Counted from the first letter of the stretch, positions 24,940-34,463 are shown. The stretch is DNA of 64,000 bases from Waddlia chondrophila WSU 86-1044 (GCA_945882915.1 CAMCWV010000006.1:5076-69075); one strand, 5' to 3'. Made by a program: numbers and translations. Notes: generated by a model from the sequence alone, not told the origin.

Positions 24940-25564
24940 CAACTCTTGCTAAAACATGTTCACCTGAGCTAGCAACTGAATCTGTAGCTCCAAAAAGATG
25001 GATCTCAACCATTTCTATAATGATATGAATAGCGCTCATATGCACTTCTTGCACGCGATCTGAAGTCTTAAATCCTCGAATCAAAAGCTCTAGATGAGCG
25101 GTCCCCTTAAGCACACCCCCTTCTTTTCCAAGAAAGGCGATCGTTTTTAGCCCTAATCCCTTAGCAACCTTAAAAGCTTGTACGATGTTAGGAGAGTTGC
25201 CGCTCGTTGTCAGACCAATAAAAACATCTTCAGGCTTCCCATACGCCTCGACTCCCCGGGCAAAAACCCAATCAAAACCAAAGTCATTAGCCGTACAAGT
25301 CAGATGCCCCGCTTCAGTGAGCGCAATAGCAGGCAAAGCGCGCCGCTTTCCACGAAACTGCCCTGTCAACTCTTCTGCAAAGTGAGCCGCATCACACAAG
25401 CTCCCGCCATTACCCGCAATGATGAGCTTGCCTCCTTGCTGAAAGCATGCAGCAATCATCTCAGCTGCCTGCGTAATAAACTCCAAAGACGAAGGGAGTT
25501 CAAGCTGTTGCATTGCCTGAATACTTTCCTTTACCGACGCAAGAATTCTGCTCTGTATCATCAT
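24926..25564 (-). CDS. gmhA: phosphoheptose isomerase (SIS domain)
   Basis: 212 aa with GGKLIIAGNGGSLCDAAHFAEEL and TTSGNSPNI. The last codons (..VYSS*) and the TAG stop are encoded by the family-A terminus. Confidence 0.88.
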   Translation of the reverse strand: MMIQSRILASVKESIQAMQQLELPSSLEFITQAAEMIAACFQQGGKLIIAGNGGSLCDAAHFAEELTGQFRGKRRALPAIALTEAGHLTCTANDFGFDWVFARGVEAYGKPEDVFIGLTTSGNSPNIVQAFKVAKGLGLKTIAFLGKEGGVLKGTAHLELLIRGFKTSDRVQEVHMSAIHIIIEMVEIHLFGATDSVASSGEHVLARVVYSS

Positions 25565-25635
25565 CTATTCCTAGGTTTTCAGAATTGAGAAATTCTAACA
25601 CAAAGAAAGTACTTCGGCAACAGCATGGGTTTAGG

Positions 25636-25745
25636 CCCAGCAACTCCCACTAAAAGTTTATTTTTTAACCCCTGAGGGGCAGGTCAATTTTATCAAGAAA
25701 TATTTGACGCTCACAGATGCGTGAGAGAGCGTGAGAGAAAAACTT
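25636..25745. repeat. family-C right-end fragment (inverted)
   Basis: CCAGCAACTCCCACTAAAAGTTTATTTTTTAACCCCTGAGGGGCAGGTCAATTTTATCAAGAAATATTTGACGCTCACAG...GCGTGAGAGAGCGTGAGAGAAAA parallels 53501-53605 and the end of C1. Confidence 0.7.
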
Positions 25746-25796
25746 ATGTGAAAAATTTAAACGAAAAACAGCACAAAGTTTACACCCCAGTCCTGA

Positions 25797-25894
25797 TATA
25801 CTCCGCTTAGCTGAAAACGGGAATTTGGACGGCGCCAAAGCCCCGGGAGCTTTCGCGCTAGCCCAAATTCTCGTTTTCAACTAAGCGGAGTATA
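25797..25894. repeat. family-A element (~100-bp form)
   Basis: TATACTCCGCTTAGCTGAAAACGGGAATTTGGACGGCGCCAAAGCCCCGGGAGCTTTCGCGCTAGCCCAAATTCTCGTTTTCAACTAAGCGGAGTATA. Confidence 0.9.
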
Positions 25895-25911
25895 TAAATC
25901 TTTCGAGAATT

Positions 25912-25998
25912 CAGGTTACACTATCGTACACCCATGGAGGTCTTCAATGAAGGTAGAATAAAATCCTCTTTTGTCGCACTTCGAAGTTGAAAAGGCAA
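25912..25998 (+). mobile_element. IS30-family 3'-end remnant
   Basis: CAGGTTACACTATCGTACACCCATGGAGGTCTTCAATGAAGG...TTTTGTCGCACTTCGAAGTTGAAAAGG parallels 16285-16360 (..VLQYRTPLEVFNE..) and, inverted, 54824-54905. Confidence 0.65.
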
Positions 25999-26001
25999 AA
26001 T

Positions 26002-26592
26002 TTAATGCGAACTCCCAGAGAACCACCAAAGGACATCATCAAAACAGACAAGCTGCCCAAGCTCCATGGCCGTATTTAACACAGCTTTCCGCACTCCGGG
26101 AATGTTAAAATCATCGCCACACATGACCCCGCCAGGAGCAAGCTTCGGGTGCCACGCAAGGATGTCACGCGTCACATCCTCCTCTTCATGGTCGGTATCT
26201 ACGTATATGAGATCTGGGACCACGTTTAAAGCCTTAGACGCCTCTACAGTCGTCATTCTAACAGGAACTATCTTGTGACAGAATCCTAAGTGCTTCACAT
26301 TAGATAGAAAACCTTGATAAAGCGTTGGCAAAACATGCGCAAAATCAGATCGATTTTCCCATCCTTTTGGGCCAAACCAATGATCAACGGCATAAACCTT
26401 ACCAGTTTCGGGGAGCAGTGCTGCCATCAAACAAGTAGAGACGCCAAGCCAAGAACCTAGCTCCACAATTATTTTTGGTTTGCAAGCGCTAATCAGCTTC
26501 TTAAGAGGCTCTTTTGGGCGGCATATATCGCAAGGATTAAAAGGCAGCTCCACAAGAGAATAGTAGGGCTCAGGAAGCTCTTTTTTTGGCAT
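26002..26592 (-). CDS. class I SAM-dependent methyltransferase
   Basis: It has the motif-I-like IVELGSWLGVST and, later, VDTDHEEE...GGVMCGDD. I take the start as ATG 26590-26592 (MPKKELPE). The track start is a TTG 7 codons upstream. Confidence 0.55.
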   Translation of the reverse strand: MPKKELPEPYYSLVELPFNPCDICRPKEPLKKLISACKPKIIVELGSWLGVSTCLMAALLPETGKVYAVDHWFGPKGWENRSDFAHVLPTLYQGFLSNVKHLGFCHKIVPVRMTTVEASKALNVVPDLIYVDTDHEEEDVTRDILAWHPKLAPGGVMCGDDFNIPGVRKAVLNTAMELGQLVCFDDVLWWFSGSSH

Positions 26593-26634
26593 AACACTTC
26601 CGCAATTCTGCAATTTTAATAATGGGTAGAGGTA

Positions 26635-26781
26635 TATACTCTTTATAGCTGAAAATGGGAAAAATTATCCTAAACAAGCGTTTGCCCTTTCTAGAAGGCA
26701 ACCCTTTAATTGCTATGGGCTTCTTCTCTTTTTTTCTTTTGTGCGCCGTCCAAATTCCAGTTTTCTGCTAAGCGGAGTATA
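26635..26781. repeat. family-A element (~145-bp variant)
   Basis: TATACTCTTTATAGCTGAAAATGGGAAAAATTATCCTAAACAAGCGTTTGCCCTTTCTAGAAGGCAACCC...GCGCCGTCCAAATTCCAGTTTTCTGCTAAGCGGAGTATA. Confidence 0.9.
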
Positions 26782-26837
26782 AAATTCTTAAATTTGCTAT
26801 AGACATCAGTACGATTTATTATGGGAGTCTACTTAAA

Positions 26838-27578
26838 ATGCGCCGCTGCTTAGAGCTTGTTTTCCTTCTTACCACCCTCCTACTCACAAGCTGCTCAGGG
26901 TCCTCCGAAAAAAAATACGACCTCATCGCTGCAGATCCTGAATGGACCTCTACAGTGACTTTTGGTAAGGCGCCTAACCTTCAAGGCTTTACCTTTGACC
27001 TCGTGACAGCTATTGCACAAAGTCAAAAACTTTCAATTAAACTGTTCGATACAACCACGGACAGGCTTATTCCTGATCTCGACAGGAACCTCTATGTTGC
27101 AAGCCTGTCCACACTCTCAACTACAGAAGAAAACAGAGCTATCTACACTTTTTCTGACCCTATACTCCCCACAGGACTTGTCTTGGTTGTCCCTGCCAAT
27201 TCGAAAATCACCTCACTCAAAGAACTATCCTGGAAAGAAGTGGGATACAACGGGAGCATAGCTGCGACAAGGGTCCTTGCACAGCAACAAAACGTTCTCT
27301 CAAAGCCTTATTCCAATATTGCTAAGGCATTAGAGGATTTGCAAAATCAGAATATTGAAGGGGTCGTTATGGACTACCTGCCAGCTATTGGCTATTGCAA
27401 CAACCTCTACAAAAACATTCTTAAGATAGTTCCTCAGCTACTCACCGACGAAAGCATCCACCTTGTCACCTTGCGAAAGTCCCCCACCCCGCTAACAGAA
27501 AAGTTTAATGCCGGGCTGCAAGCAATGCGCGAAAACGGCTCCTACGAAGCCCTCAGAGATAAGTGGAAGCTCAAATAA
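26838..27578 (+). CDS. amino-acid ABC transporter substrate-binding lipoprotein (SBP family 3)
   Basis: 246 aa with a lipobox (LLLTSC). The layout resembles family-3 solute-binding proteins (..FDLV.AIA..., VGY.GS.A...). Confidence 0.7.
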   Translation: MRRCLELVFLLTTLLLTSCSGSSEKKYDLIAADPEWTSTVTFGKAPNLQGFTFDLVTAIAQSQKLSIKLFDTTTDRLIPDLDRNLYVASLSTLSTTEENRAIYTFSDPILPTGLVLVVPANSKITSLKELSWKEVGYNGSIAATRVLAQQQNVLSKPYSNIAKALEDLQNQNIEGVVMDYLPAIGYCNNLYKNILKIVPQLLTDESIHLVTLRKSPTPLTEKFNAGLQAMRENGSYEALRDKWKLK

Positions 27579-27611
27579 AAGGTCTAGTGGTCTGTCCCTA
27601 TTTGAGACCTA

Positions 27612-30221
27612 CTAAATAACCCCATTTTCTCTGCTTGTTACGCCCCATGGGGCAACGAGAATACGGCACCTATCATGCTCGTTATACTCTTCTCGGATCT
27701 TCTCCAAGACAGCCTCATCCAAAGAGACCTTATCCAATCCCCATACCTCTTTCGCATAGTTTTCAATGGCCCCATCTGCAGAGAATGGTCCCATTCCTGC
27801 GATATTGTGGATGGCATGTTCTGCCCAGAGGTGCGGTTTTCTAAAAAGAGCCTCCACTTTTAATTGTGTGTTGTAATAGGCTTCAAGGTCTTTTAAGACA
27901 AAGAATCGATCAGCCATATCGCCGTCGTTTCCATTCATAAGACTATGATAAAGCGTCAGCAAAGCGTCGTGCTCGGCATCATACTGACTAAAAGACCGGT
28001 CTCGCAGTGCCTCTACAGCCCGACTAATCTTTGGGTTCTGACTACAAATATCCCAAGGAGAATAAGAACGTTTCTCTTTCATCTCAGCGATCTCTTTTGC
28101 TAAACATCCAAAAGAAAATGGCCACCACTTATCCTTTATTTCTTGGCGCATCTCAATGTTTGCGCCATCTTCTGTTCCAATTGTCATCGCTCCATTCATC
28201 GCCAGCTTCATGACTCCTGTACCTGAAGCTTCCATTCCCGCTGTAGAGATCTGTTGAGACAGATCCGCTCCTGGAATAAGAATTTCTGCTTTAGAAACGT
28301 CGTAATTTGGAATATAAAAGACATTCAACCGATCTCGCACAGCAGGATCGTTATTTATTTTTCGCGAAATGCAATTAATTAGTCGAATGATATTCCTAGC
28401 CAGTTCATATCCAGGGGCTGCTTTTCCACCAAAAATAACCGTCCGCTTCACCCGAGTACTTGCTGGATTCTCGAGTAACTCATTATAGAGCATAATAATG
28501 TGTAGTGCGTTAAGAAGCTGCCGCTTGTACTCATGAATCCGTTTTACATGCACATCAAAGAGGGCTAATGGGTCAAGGATTAATGCCGACTGAAGAAGCC
28601 TCCCTTTGTAATCGCGCATCTTAATTCGATTCTGAAGAAAATCAGCCACAACCTTCTTATTCTGGAGTTTAATCTCGAGAAACTCTTCCTGAGAAGCCTT
28701 GTCCGCGGCACAGCTTTCTAGAGCGCGGATCTGCTTAAAGTCGGTGACCCACCCTTTTCCAATCCGTTTTGTAATGAATTCTGCAAGCAAAGGATTGCAA
28801 TGAAGAAGCCAACGACGCTGCGTTACACCATTGGTGATGTTAAGAAACCGCTGCGGGTAGGCTTCGTAGAAGTCCTTGAAAATCGACGTTTTTAAGATCT
28901 CTGTATGGAGCGCGGCCACACCGTTGATATGGTGTGAACCATAAATAGCCAAGTTTGCCATACGCACTTGACCATTTTCTATGATAGACATCCGCCGCAC
29001 TCTCTCTTCGTCTGCAGGAAACTGCGATCTAACAACGGTACAAAACTCCATATTCAAACGCTCGATAATCTGATATTGACGAGGAAGAAGTGTCCTAAGG
29101 CGATTCTCATTCCACTGCTCTAAAGCCTCTGCCAGAACTGTGTGGTTTGTATAACTCACGCAGGCCTTGGTGACTTCCCATGCACGGTTCCAAGTCAGAT
29201 TGTGTTCTTTAGTAAGGAGTCGCATAAGCTCAACAATGACCAAAGCTGGATGGGTATCATTAATCTGAATTCGGACGACATCTTCAAAAGAACCGATATT
29301 TCCAAAGGTCAAAAGATGGCGCCGAATAATATCTTGGATAGAGGCTGACACTAGCAAAAATTCTTGCTTGAGGCGAATCCGTTTACCCATGTCGTTATTA
29401 TCGTTTGGATAAAGAACATCGGTCAAGGTGGTGTTTTCAGCGGCCTGATCAAGCTGACCGGCATTAAAGCGCTGAAGCTGAAAGTTGCGAGGAGATTCCT
29501 TTGTTGTCCAAAGGCGCAAGGTATTTACGGCAAAGTCGTGCTTTTCGCTAAATCCAATAATAGGCGTGTCAAAACCAATCGCCCGGACTTCTTCATAATC
29601 AAGAAGATCAAAAACTTCTTCTCCAGAAGGATTAATAGAGCCAAGAGTCCTCCCTGAAAACTTTACAGAAAAAGCGCGAAGATCGCGGCGGTAATCCCAA
29701 GGATTCTCGTATAGCAGCCAACAGTCAGGTCTTTCGACTTGAATACCATCCCACACTTCCTGCTCAAAGATCCCGTATTGATAACGAAGCCCATAACCTA
29801 TTGCAGGGTACCTTTGCGTGGCAAGCGAATCTAAGAAACAAGAAGCAAGCCTTCCCAAACCTCCATTGCCAAGCCCCGGATCTGGCTCACAGGCAAGAAG
29901 ACCTACAGTCGTCCGCTTCATAGCTTTAAGAACCCTCACAACGATCTCTTGAACGCAGATGTTTGTGATATTGCTCCCTAAGTACTTCCCAGGAAGGTAT
30001 TCCATAGAAAGGTAGTAGAGCATTCGACTTTTGCGGGCAACGTACGTTTTTGCCGTTGCCGCCCAGTTAATCATGATCTCCTCTCTAAGAGCATAAGAGA
30101 AGGCACGGTAGAACTCTTGATCATCTGCTTCGTCAGCGGTACGCCCCATCATAGTGATGAGGTAATGCTTGATCTTAGCAATCAAGTTGTCCACTTGCAG
30201 TTCAGTTAGACCATTTGCCAT
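27612..30221 (-). CDS. glgP: glycogen/alpha-glucan phosphorylase
   Basis: 869 aa with GLGNGGLGRLASCFLDS, EASGTGVMKLAMNGA (PLP-Lys region) and TNHTVLAEALE. GAGGAGGG lies upstream of the ATG. Confidence 0.95.
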   Translation of the reverse strand: MANGLTELQVDNLIAKIKHYLITMMGRTADEADDQEFYRAFSYALREEIMINWAATAKTYVARKSRMLYYLSMEYLPGKYLGSNITNICVQEIVVRVLKAMKRTTVGLLACEPDPGLGNGGLGRLASCFLDSLATQRYPAIGYGLRYQYGIFEQEVWDGIQVERPDCWLLYENPWDYRRDLRAFSVKFSGRTLGSINPSGEEVFDLLDYEEVRAIGFDTPIIGFSEKHDFAVNTLRLWTTKESPRNFQLQRFNAGQLDQAAENTTLTDVLYPNDNNDMGKRIRLKQEFLLVSASIQDIIRRHLLTFGNIGSFEDVVRIQINDTHPALVIVELMRLLTKEHNLTWNRAWEVTKACVSYTNHTVLAEALEQWNENRLRTLLPRQYQIIERLNMEFCTVVRSQFPADEERVRRMSIIENGQVRMANLAIYGSHHINGVAALHTEILKTSIFKDFYEAYPQRFLNITNGVTQRRWLLHCNPLLAEFITKRIGKGWVTDFKQIRALESCAADKASQEEFLEIKLQNKKVVADFLQNRIKMRDYKGRLLQSALILDPLALFDVHVKRIHEYKRQLLNALHIIMLYNELLENPASTRVKRTVIFGGKAAPGYELARNIIRLINCISRKINNDPAVRDRLNVFYIPNYDVSKAEILIPGADLSQQISTAGMEASGTGVMKLAMNGAMTIGTEDGANIEMRQEIKDKWWPFSFGCLAKEIAEMKEKRSYSPWDICSQNPKISRAVEALRDRSFSQYDAEHDALLTLYHSLMNGNDGDMADRFFVLKDLEAYYNTQLKVEALFRKPHLWAEHAIHNIAGMGPFSADGAIENYAKEVWGLDKVSLDEAVLEKIREEYNEHDRCRILVAPWGVTSRENGVI

Positions 30222-30594
30222 TGTCCCTCCTCGGTTCGCTGCCTTGTTATAATTTTTTTATTATAAAAAGGCGAGCGTTAAGGCTCCTACCCTGCCATAG
30301 CCAGAAAATTAAATACTTCAACGCGAAGGCGCAGAGAATAAAGATAAAAAAAGCCAGCTTAGATTTTTGCTCTCACATAACGGTAAGAGTAAATATCTAT
30401 GTATCTGTATTTCAGAAAACCCATTATCCTGACAGCCGAAGGCTGATCCTGCCTATCCTGTTCTTGTATTTTTTCTGTGCCTCTTTACTCTCTGTATTTC
30501 AAAGCCTGTATTTCTTTGTGTTGAATTAGCGGATAAAGGCGCTTACCAATCCCTCTACTTGCTCATAGAGTAAAAATTTGTTAGGCTCATATCG

Positions 30595-30810
30595 ATGTCT
30601 CAAAAAAAACCACGCATTAAGCTGTTAAAGATAGCTGTCATTGGAACGAGCTTCTGGATAGGCGCAATCTTGCTCACCGCCACCATTATTTCCTTCTCCA
30701 GGCAGTCGGGCGGCACGGGGATTGATGCAGGCGCGATTCAACAAAAGAGAGCTCAGGCGCTAATCTCTAAAGCAGATAATCAGCCTCATCCGGAGACCGT
30801 CGAACAGTGA
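30595..30810 (+). CDS. small single-pass membrane protein (hypothetical)
   Basis: 71 aa with one TM segment (IAVIGTSFWIGAILLTATIISF). Its stop overlaps the next start (GTGA), which suggests translational coupling. Confidence 0.45.
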   Translation: MSQKKPRIKLLKIAVIGTSFWIGAILLTATIISFSRQSGGTGIDAGAIQQKRAQALISKADNQPHPETVEQ

Positions 30811-31499
30811 CCCTGCTGCTAACACTTCTTCCTATCTATCTTTTAGGGAATCTCCACTGCATCGGAATGTGCGGCCCTATGGTGATGATGATTAGTAAAC
30901 ACCGCTACAGATATCTCTATTTTGGCGGGAGACTGCTATCCTTTACATTAGCAGGGCTGGCTGCCGGAGGGGCTGGCGCTATCCTCAACTTAGTTCTAAC
31001 TCCCTATCATCTCTCTGCAATATTAAGCTTCCTCTTCGGAGGCATCATCATCTTGCTCGCCGCATGCACTCTTTTTGGATGGCGCTATCCTGGCTACATC
31101 TGGCTTGCTAGCCGGACATCTAATATCAGCAAGAACCTCTCCATCTTAATGGCCCAAAACCATCCGTGGCCAACATTTTTGCTTGGATTTTTTACAATTG
31201 CACTCCCCTGCGGCCAAACACTCACGGTCTACTCAGCGTGCGCTTTAACAGGAGATCTTTTTGCGGGATTGATTAATGGATTTGCTTTTTCTTTTCTAAC
31301 AACTCCCTCTCTGATTGTGGCCATGCATGCCCACACACTTTTTAGAAAGTGGTCTAGCGCCTACAAACCCATCACAGGAAGTTTAGCCCTTTTAGTTGGT
31401 GGGCTTGCTCTTTGTCGCGGCTTTGCCGAAATTGGGCTTATTCCCCACTTGATTCTCAATCCAGAGGCAGCGCCCGCCTATCACATCGTCATCTACTAG
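30807..31499 (+). CDS. DsbD_2 / TauE-like integral membrane protein with HCxxMCGP motif
   Basis: 230 aa with about 6 TM segments. An N-terminal LHCIGMCGPM and a later ALPCGQT resemble the paired-Cys membrane family (COG2836-like). Confidence 0.5.
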   Translation: MTLLLTLLPIYLLGNLHCIGMCGPMVMMISKHRYRYLYFGGRLLSFTLAGLAAGGAGAILNLVLTPYHLSAILSFLFGGIIILLAACTLFGWRYPGYIWLASRTSNISKNLSILMAQNHPWPTFLLGFFTIALPCGQTLTVYSACALTGDLFAGLINGFAFSFLTTPSLIVAMHAHTLFRKWSSAYKPITGSLALLVGGLALCRGFAEIGLIPHLILNPEAAPAYHIVIY

Positions 31500-31506
31500 A
31501 AAAAAA

Positions 31507-31917
31507 CTAACTCAGGGTGTTGAAAGGGCGAGAGGTGCCAGATGCTGGCTGTTTTGGCGCATTAAGATACGCTGCCTTCATATCTGAAAGTGCTTGAGAC
31601 GAGCGTCTCACCTCATCCATATTCAACTGAATAAGCCCCAAACGCACCTTGAGCGACTCTGTAAATTCCTCATTGCGATCGCGCACCTTACTCACCTGAT
31701 CTCGAAGTAAGGCAAGCTGTTGTTTACTAGCTGCTGAAGGCTTTGCTTCTACTGCAAATGCAAGGTCAAGCTTGTCTAATAGCTCCTCTTGCTTGGTTTG
31801 AAGAGTGGAGACATCTTCGTTTTGCCTTGAAGATCTATGCAATGCTTCAACATTTGCCCCGAGCTCAGAAACAAGAACGCTCATTTGCTTTAAAATGCTT
31901 TTCTGATCATCTGACAT
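31507..31917 (-). CDS. coiled-coil protein, possibly FlgN/FliT-like export chaperone (hypothetical)
   Basis: 136 aa, all-helical and heptad-rich. AAGGGA lies 7 nt upstream of the ATG, and the gene starts 15 bp downstream of the fliS-like gene. The family assignment is weak. Confidence 0.4.
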   Translation of the reverse strand: MSDDQKSILKQMSVLVSELGANVEALHRSSRQNEDVSTLQTKQEELLDKLDLAFAVEAKPSAASKQQLALLRDQVSKVRDRNEEFTESLKVRLGLIQLNMDEVRRSSQALSDMKAAYLNAPKQPASGTSRPFNTLS

Positions 31918-31932
31918 GCGTATTTCCCTTAA

Positions 31933-32376
31933 TTATCCCTGAAGATTAAGCCCACGGCGCGGCGGTTTTATCGGCAAATCCTTCTCTTGCACTAAGATAC
32001 TCTTAAAAGCATCTCTAAGGCCAGAAAGCAGCCCTCTAACCTCTTTAAGAGGGTCTAATTCCTTTTTAATGTTAGCATCCACCAGGCGGTAATGCATGTA
32101 TTCGTAGAGACGAAAGAGATTAGTCGCCACCTCGCCTCCCTTTTGCATATCGAGGGAAACAATTAGCTCTGTCAGGATATTTTGACAGCTGATGAGGTTA
32201 TTGTGAAACTTTTCAATCCACTCTAGCCCCCTAATAGTAATAGTAAAGGCAATTTCAGCGCGGTTTAGATATTCAATGGCGCCATCATACAAGAGCACGA
32301 CAAGCTGCCCAGGCGATGCAGACTCTATCTGCAACCGCTTATACGCTCTTGCTGCGTCTTCTTTATGATTTGTCAC
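31933..32376 (-). CDS. fliS: FliS-family flagellar/T3S export chaperone homologue
   Basis: 147 aa. AYKRLQIESASPGQLVVLLYDGAIEYLNRAEIA...ILTELIVSLDMQKGGEVATNLFRLYEYMHYRLVDAN follows the FliS consensus (tasp.qLv.mLYdGai..l..A; sLd...ggeiA.nL..LY.ym..rL..An). The GTG start overlaps the upstream stop (TAGTG). Confidence 0.8.
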   Translation of the reverse strand: MTNHKEDAARAYKRLQIESASPGQLVVLLYDGAIEYLNRAEIAFTITIRGLEWIEKFHNNLISCQNILTELIVSLDMQKGGEVATNLFRLYEYMHYRLVDANIKKELDPLKEVRGLLSGLRDAFKSILVQEKDLPIKPPRRGLNLQG

Positions 32377-33020
32377 TAAGCCCCCTGTGCTTTAGCCGGA
32401 GATTTTAGAGCGCTGTTTGTAATCGTAGCTTTTAGCTGAGGAATTGCCTCTCTCATCACTTCCATAGCTGGCACAACTTCATGCTGAAGAAGATCTGATG
32501 CAAGAACAAAGTCATTTCCCTCCATTGCTTTAACACTCTCTCCAAGAAGAGACTGAACGCCTGAGAAATGCTGAAAAAACGGTTTATCGGCAAATGAGAC
32601 TGCCTTGAAAGAATCTGGAAAAAGAGTGTGCAAACGCCACCAAAACTCGAAGAAGTCGGTGAATTCCTTAAAAAACGTTTGTGAATCAATGCTCTTTGCG
32701 GGCGAATGGAGCTCCTGAGCAAAGGTCTGGATCCTCTTTGTTAGCCTTTCATGGGAAAGAGCTGCGCCGTCGAGATTCCCAATTAAGTATTGCGCTAAAG
32801 CGATCACATCAAATTTGAAGACTTCGTCCCCTTGAAGGATCTCTCCTTCTCTGCGAAGTAGCTCCTCTTGAGAAAGGGCCACACCGTTTATTGAGAGGCC
32901 CACAGGAACCTTCCCCACAGTAAGGAGAAACGTTTCCGTCTCATCGACTACCTGTTTAAGGCTTACATTCTTCCTGGGCAATTCCAAATTCACAATGTTG
33001 TCTTCGACAATAATTTGCAT
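32376..33020 (-). CDS. hypothetical protein, first gene of the fliS operon
   Basis: 214 aa. The N-terminal ~75 aa have a weak ThiS/MoaD-like beta-grasp pattern (MQIIV...SINGVAL...GDEV). The remainder is helical, and I recognise no family. Confidence 0.5.
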   Translation of the reverse strand: MQIIVEDNIVNLELPRKNVSLKQVVDETETFLLTVGKVPVGLSINGVALSQEELLRREGEILQGDEVFKFDVIALAQYLIGNLDGAALSHERLTKRIQTFAQELHSPAKSIDSQTFFKEFTDFFEFWWRLHTLFPDSFKAVSFADKPFFQHFSGVQSLLGESVKAMEGNDFVLASDLLQHEVVPAMEVMREAIPQLKATITNSALKSPAKAQGA

Positions 33021-33211
33021 AAAACCGCCCAGCTCCTTTTAGTATAACAACACTGAGTTCCCGCTACTCAAAGTCCGAGATTGAACCTGCCATCTATTCT
33101 TAAAAAAATTATTGAATCCCGTCAATGCAAAAAGTACGGCTGGGCCTATCTCTCTAAGAAGTTTCGTTGATTTTTAAGGGTAGCCTCTCTAAAACATAGG
33201 TTACTTTTTCT

Positions 33212-33476
33212 GTAACAATTCACATACTCCTCCTTCGTCGGTGCATGTGAACTGTTAAAAACTTTTTTGTATTTTCTCTCACGTTCTCTCAGGCCTCTGT
33301 GTTTCAAAAAAATGGTGTTAATATTTTTGAAACACAGAGGCCTGAGAGAACACAATGAGAAATAGAAAGGGAGGAAAGCGGGCAATGCCACTTCAATTGT
33401 AAGGCTGCCAAAACACCCCCCCTGTAAGCGTCAAATCTTTCTTGATAAAATCGCCCTGGGTATGTGAACTGTTACC
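33212..33476. repeat. family-C repeat (copy 2, two-ended)
   Basis: GTAACAATTCACATA...ATGTGAACTGTTA...TTCTCTCACGTTCTCTCAGGCCTCTGTGTTTCAAAAA / TTTTTGAAACACAGAGGCCTGAGAGAAC...AAGCGGGCAATGCCACTTCAATTGTAAGGCTGCC...GGGTATGTGAACTGTTACC. Confidence 0.85.
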
Positions 33477-33521
33477 TTTTTCTTTTGTAATTAATACTAA
33501 AACGGGCTGTTGAATTAAAAT

Positions 33522-34295
33522 ATGATAGGTTTCTGCCCTCTCGCTTCCGGATCAAAAGGAAATTCAATCTATTTAGGTACTGGGGAAAGCAAAATTCTTA
33601 TTGATGCAGGATTAAGCGGACGGGCCACGAACGCACGCCTTGCAGACATTGGCGTCGACATGTCAACACTTGATGCTATTCTTATTACTCACGAGCACAC
33701 TGATCACATCCAAGGACTTAAGGTTCTAGCCTTTAAAATGGGCATTCCCGTTTTTTGCAATAGCGAGACAGCAAAAGGGATTTGCGATACTTTTCACGAC
33801 TGCCCAGCATTCAAGTTATTTTCTACAGGAGAAGGCTTTCGATTTCGCGATTTAGAAATCCATCCCTTTAGCGTACAACATGATGCACTTGACCCGGTCG
33901 CCTTTACGATTAAATTCAACGGTATAAAGTTGGGCTTTTGCACAGATTTAGGCTTTGTCACAACTCTTGTCCAAAACCAACTTCAGAAATGCGACTACCT
34001 CTACGTTGAAGCAAATCACCAACCCTCAATGGTTCACGCCTGCTCTAGGCCCCCTGTTTACAAACAACGGGTGCTAGGAAGAAGTGGCCACCTCTCAAAT
34101 GAGGAGTGCGGCTCTCTTTTGACAAATGTCTACCACCCCAAGCTCAAGCATGTGCACCTTGCTCACCTATCTAGCGAGTGCAACAACCCTGTGACGGCAG
34201 TAACTGTTATTCAGGAAATACTCGGGAAAAATGGGCTTAAGTTAGATATCTCTGTCGCCCCTCAAGAGACCATTGGCAAGGCCATCCACTTCTAA
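33522..34295 (+). CDS. MBL-fold metallo-hydrolase (YycJ/PhnP-like)
   Basis: 257 aa with the HEHTDHIQG metal-binding motif, a later CTDLG and HLS. Confidence 0.8.
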   Translation: MIGFCPLASGSKGNSIYLGTGESKILIDAGLSGRATNARLADIGVDMSTLDAILITHEHTDHIQGLKVLAFKMGIPVFCNSETAKGICDTFHDCPAFKLFSTGEGFRFRDLEIHPFSVQHDALDPVAFTIKFNGIKLGFCTDLGFVTTLVQNQLQKCDYLYVEANHQPSMVHACSRPPVYKQRVLGRSGHLSNEECGSLLTNVYHPKLKHVHLAHLSSECNNPVTAVTVIQEILGKNGLKLDISVAPQETIGKAIHF

Positions 34296-34384
34296 AATCC
34301 AGCGCCACACGCATTTAAAAATCTGCGCAGACCTCGACTGGGCAAGGTCTGCACAAAAGATTACAATAAATATTTTTAGATAAA

Positions 34385-34455
34385 AGCGCGTACGCCGGGA
34401 CATGTCCCCGCTAATAAAAGCTAGGACATGTCCCCGCACTCCAAAGTCTCACTGC
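34385..34455. repeat. family-E fragment (GGACATGTCC palindromes)
   Basis: GTACGCCGGGACATGTCCCCGC...CTAGGACATGTCCCCGCACTCCAAAG parallels CGTACGCCGGGACATGTCGAG...CAGCACTCCAAAG in 61946-62206. Confidence 0.55.
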
Positions 34456-34463
34456 GTTCGACC

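Noticed and set aside
24867-24941. Deleting the 71-bp family-A element fuses gmhA in frame to lpxK (..ARVV-V-LRRFETF..). This could hint at an ancestral GmhA-LpxK fusion protein.
   Set aside because: Frame agreement has a 1-in-3 chance expectation. The two enzymes are separate proteins in the bacteria I know of. The original spacer may also have been altered by the insertion, so this is not enough evidence.
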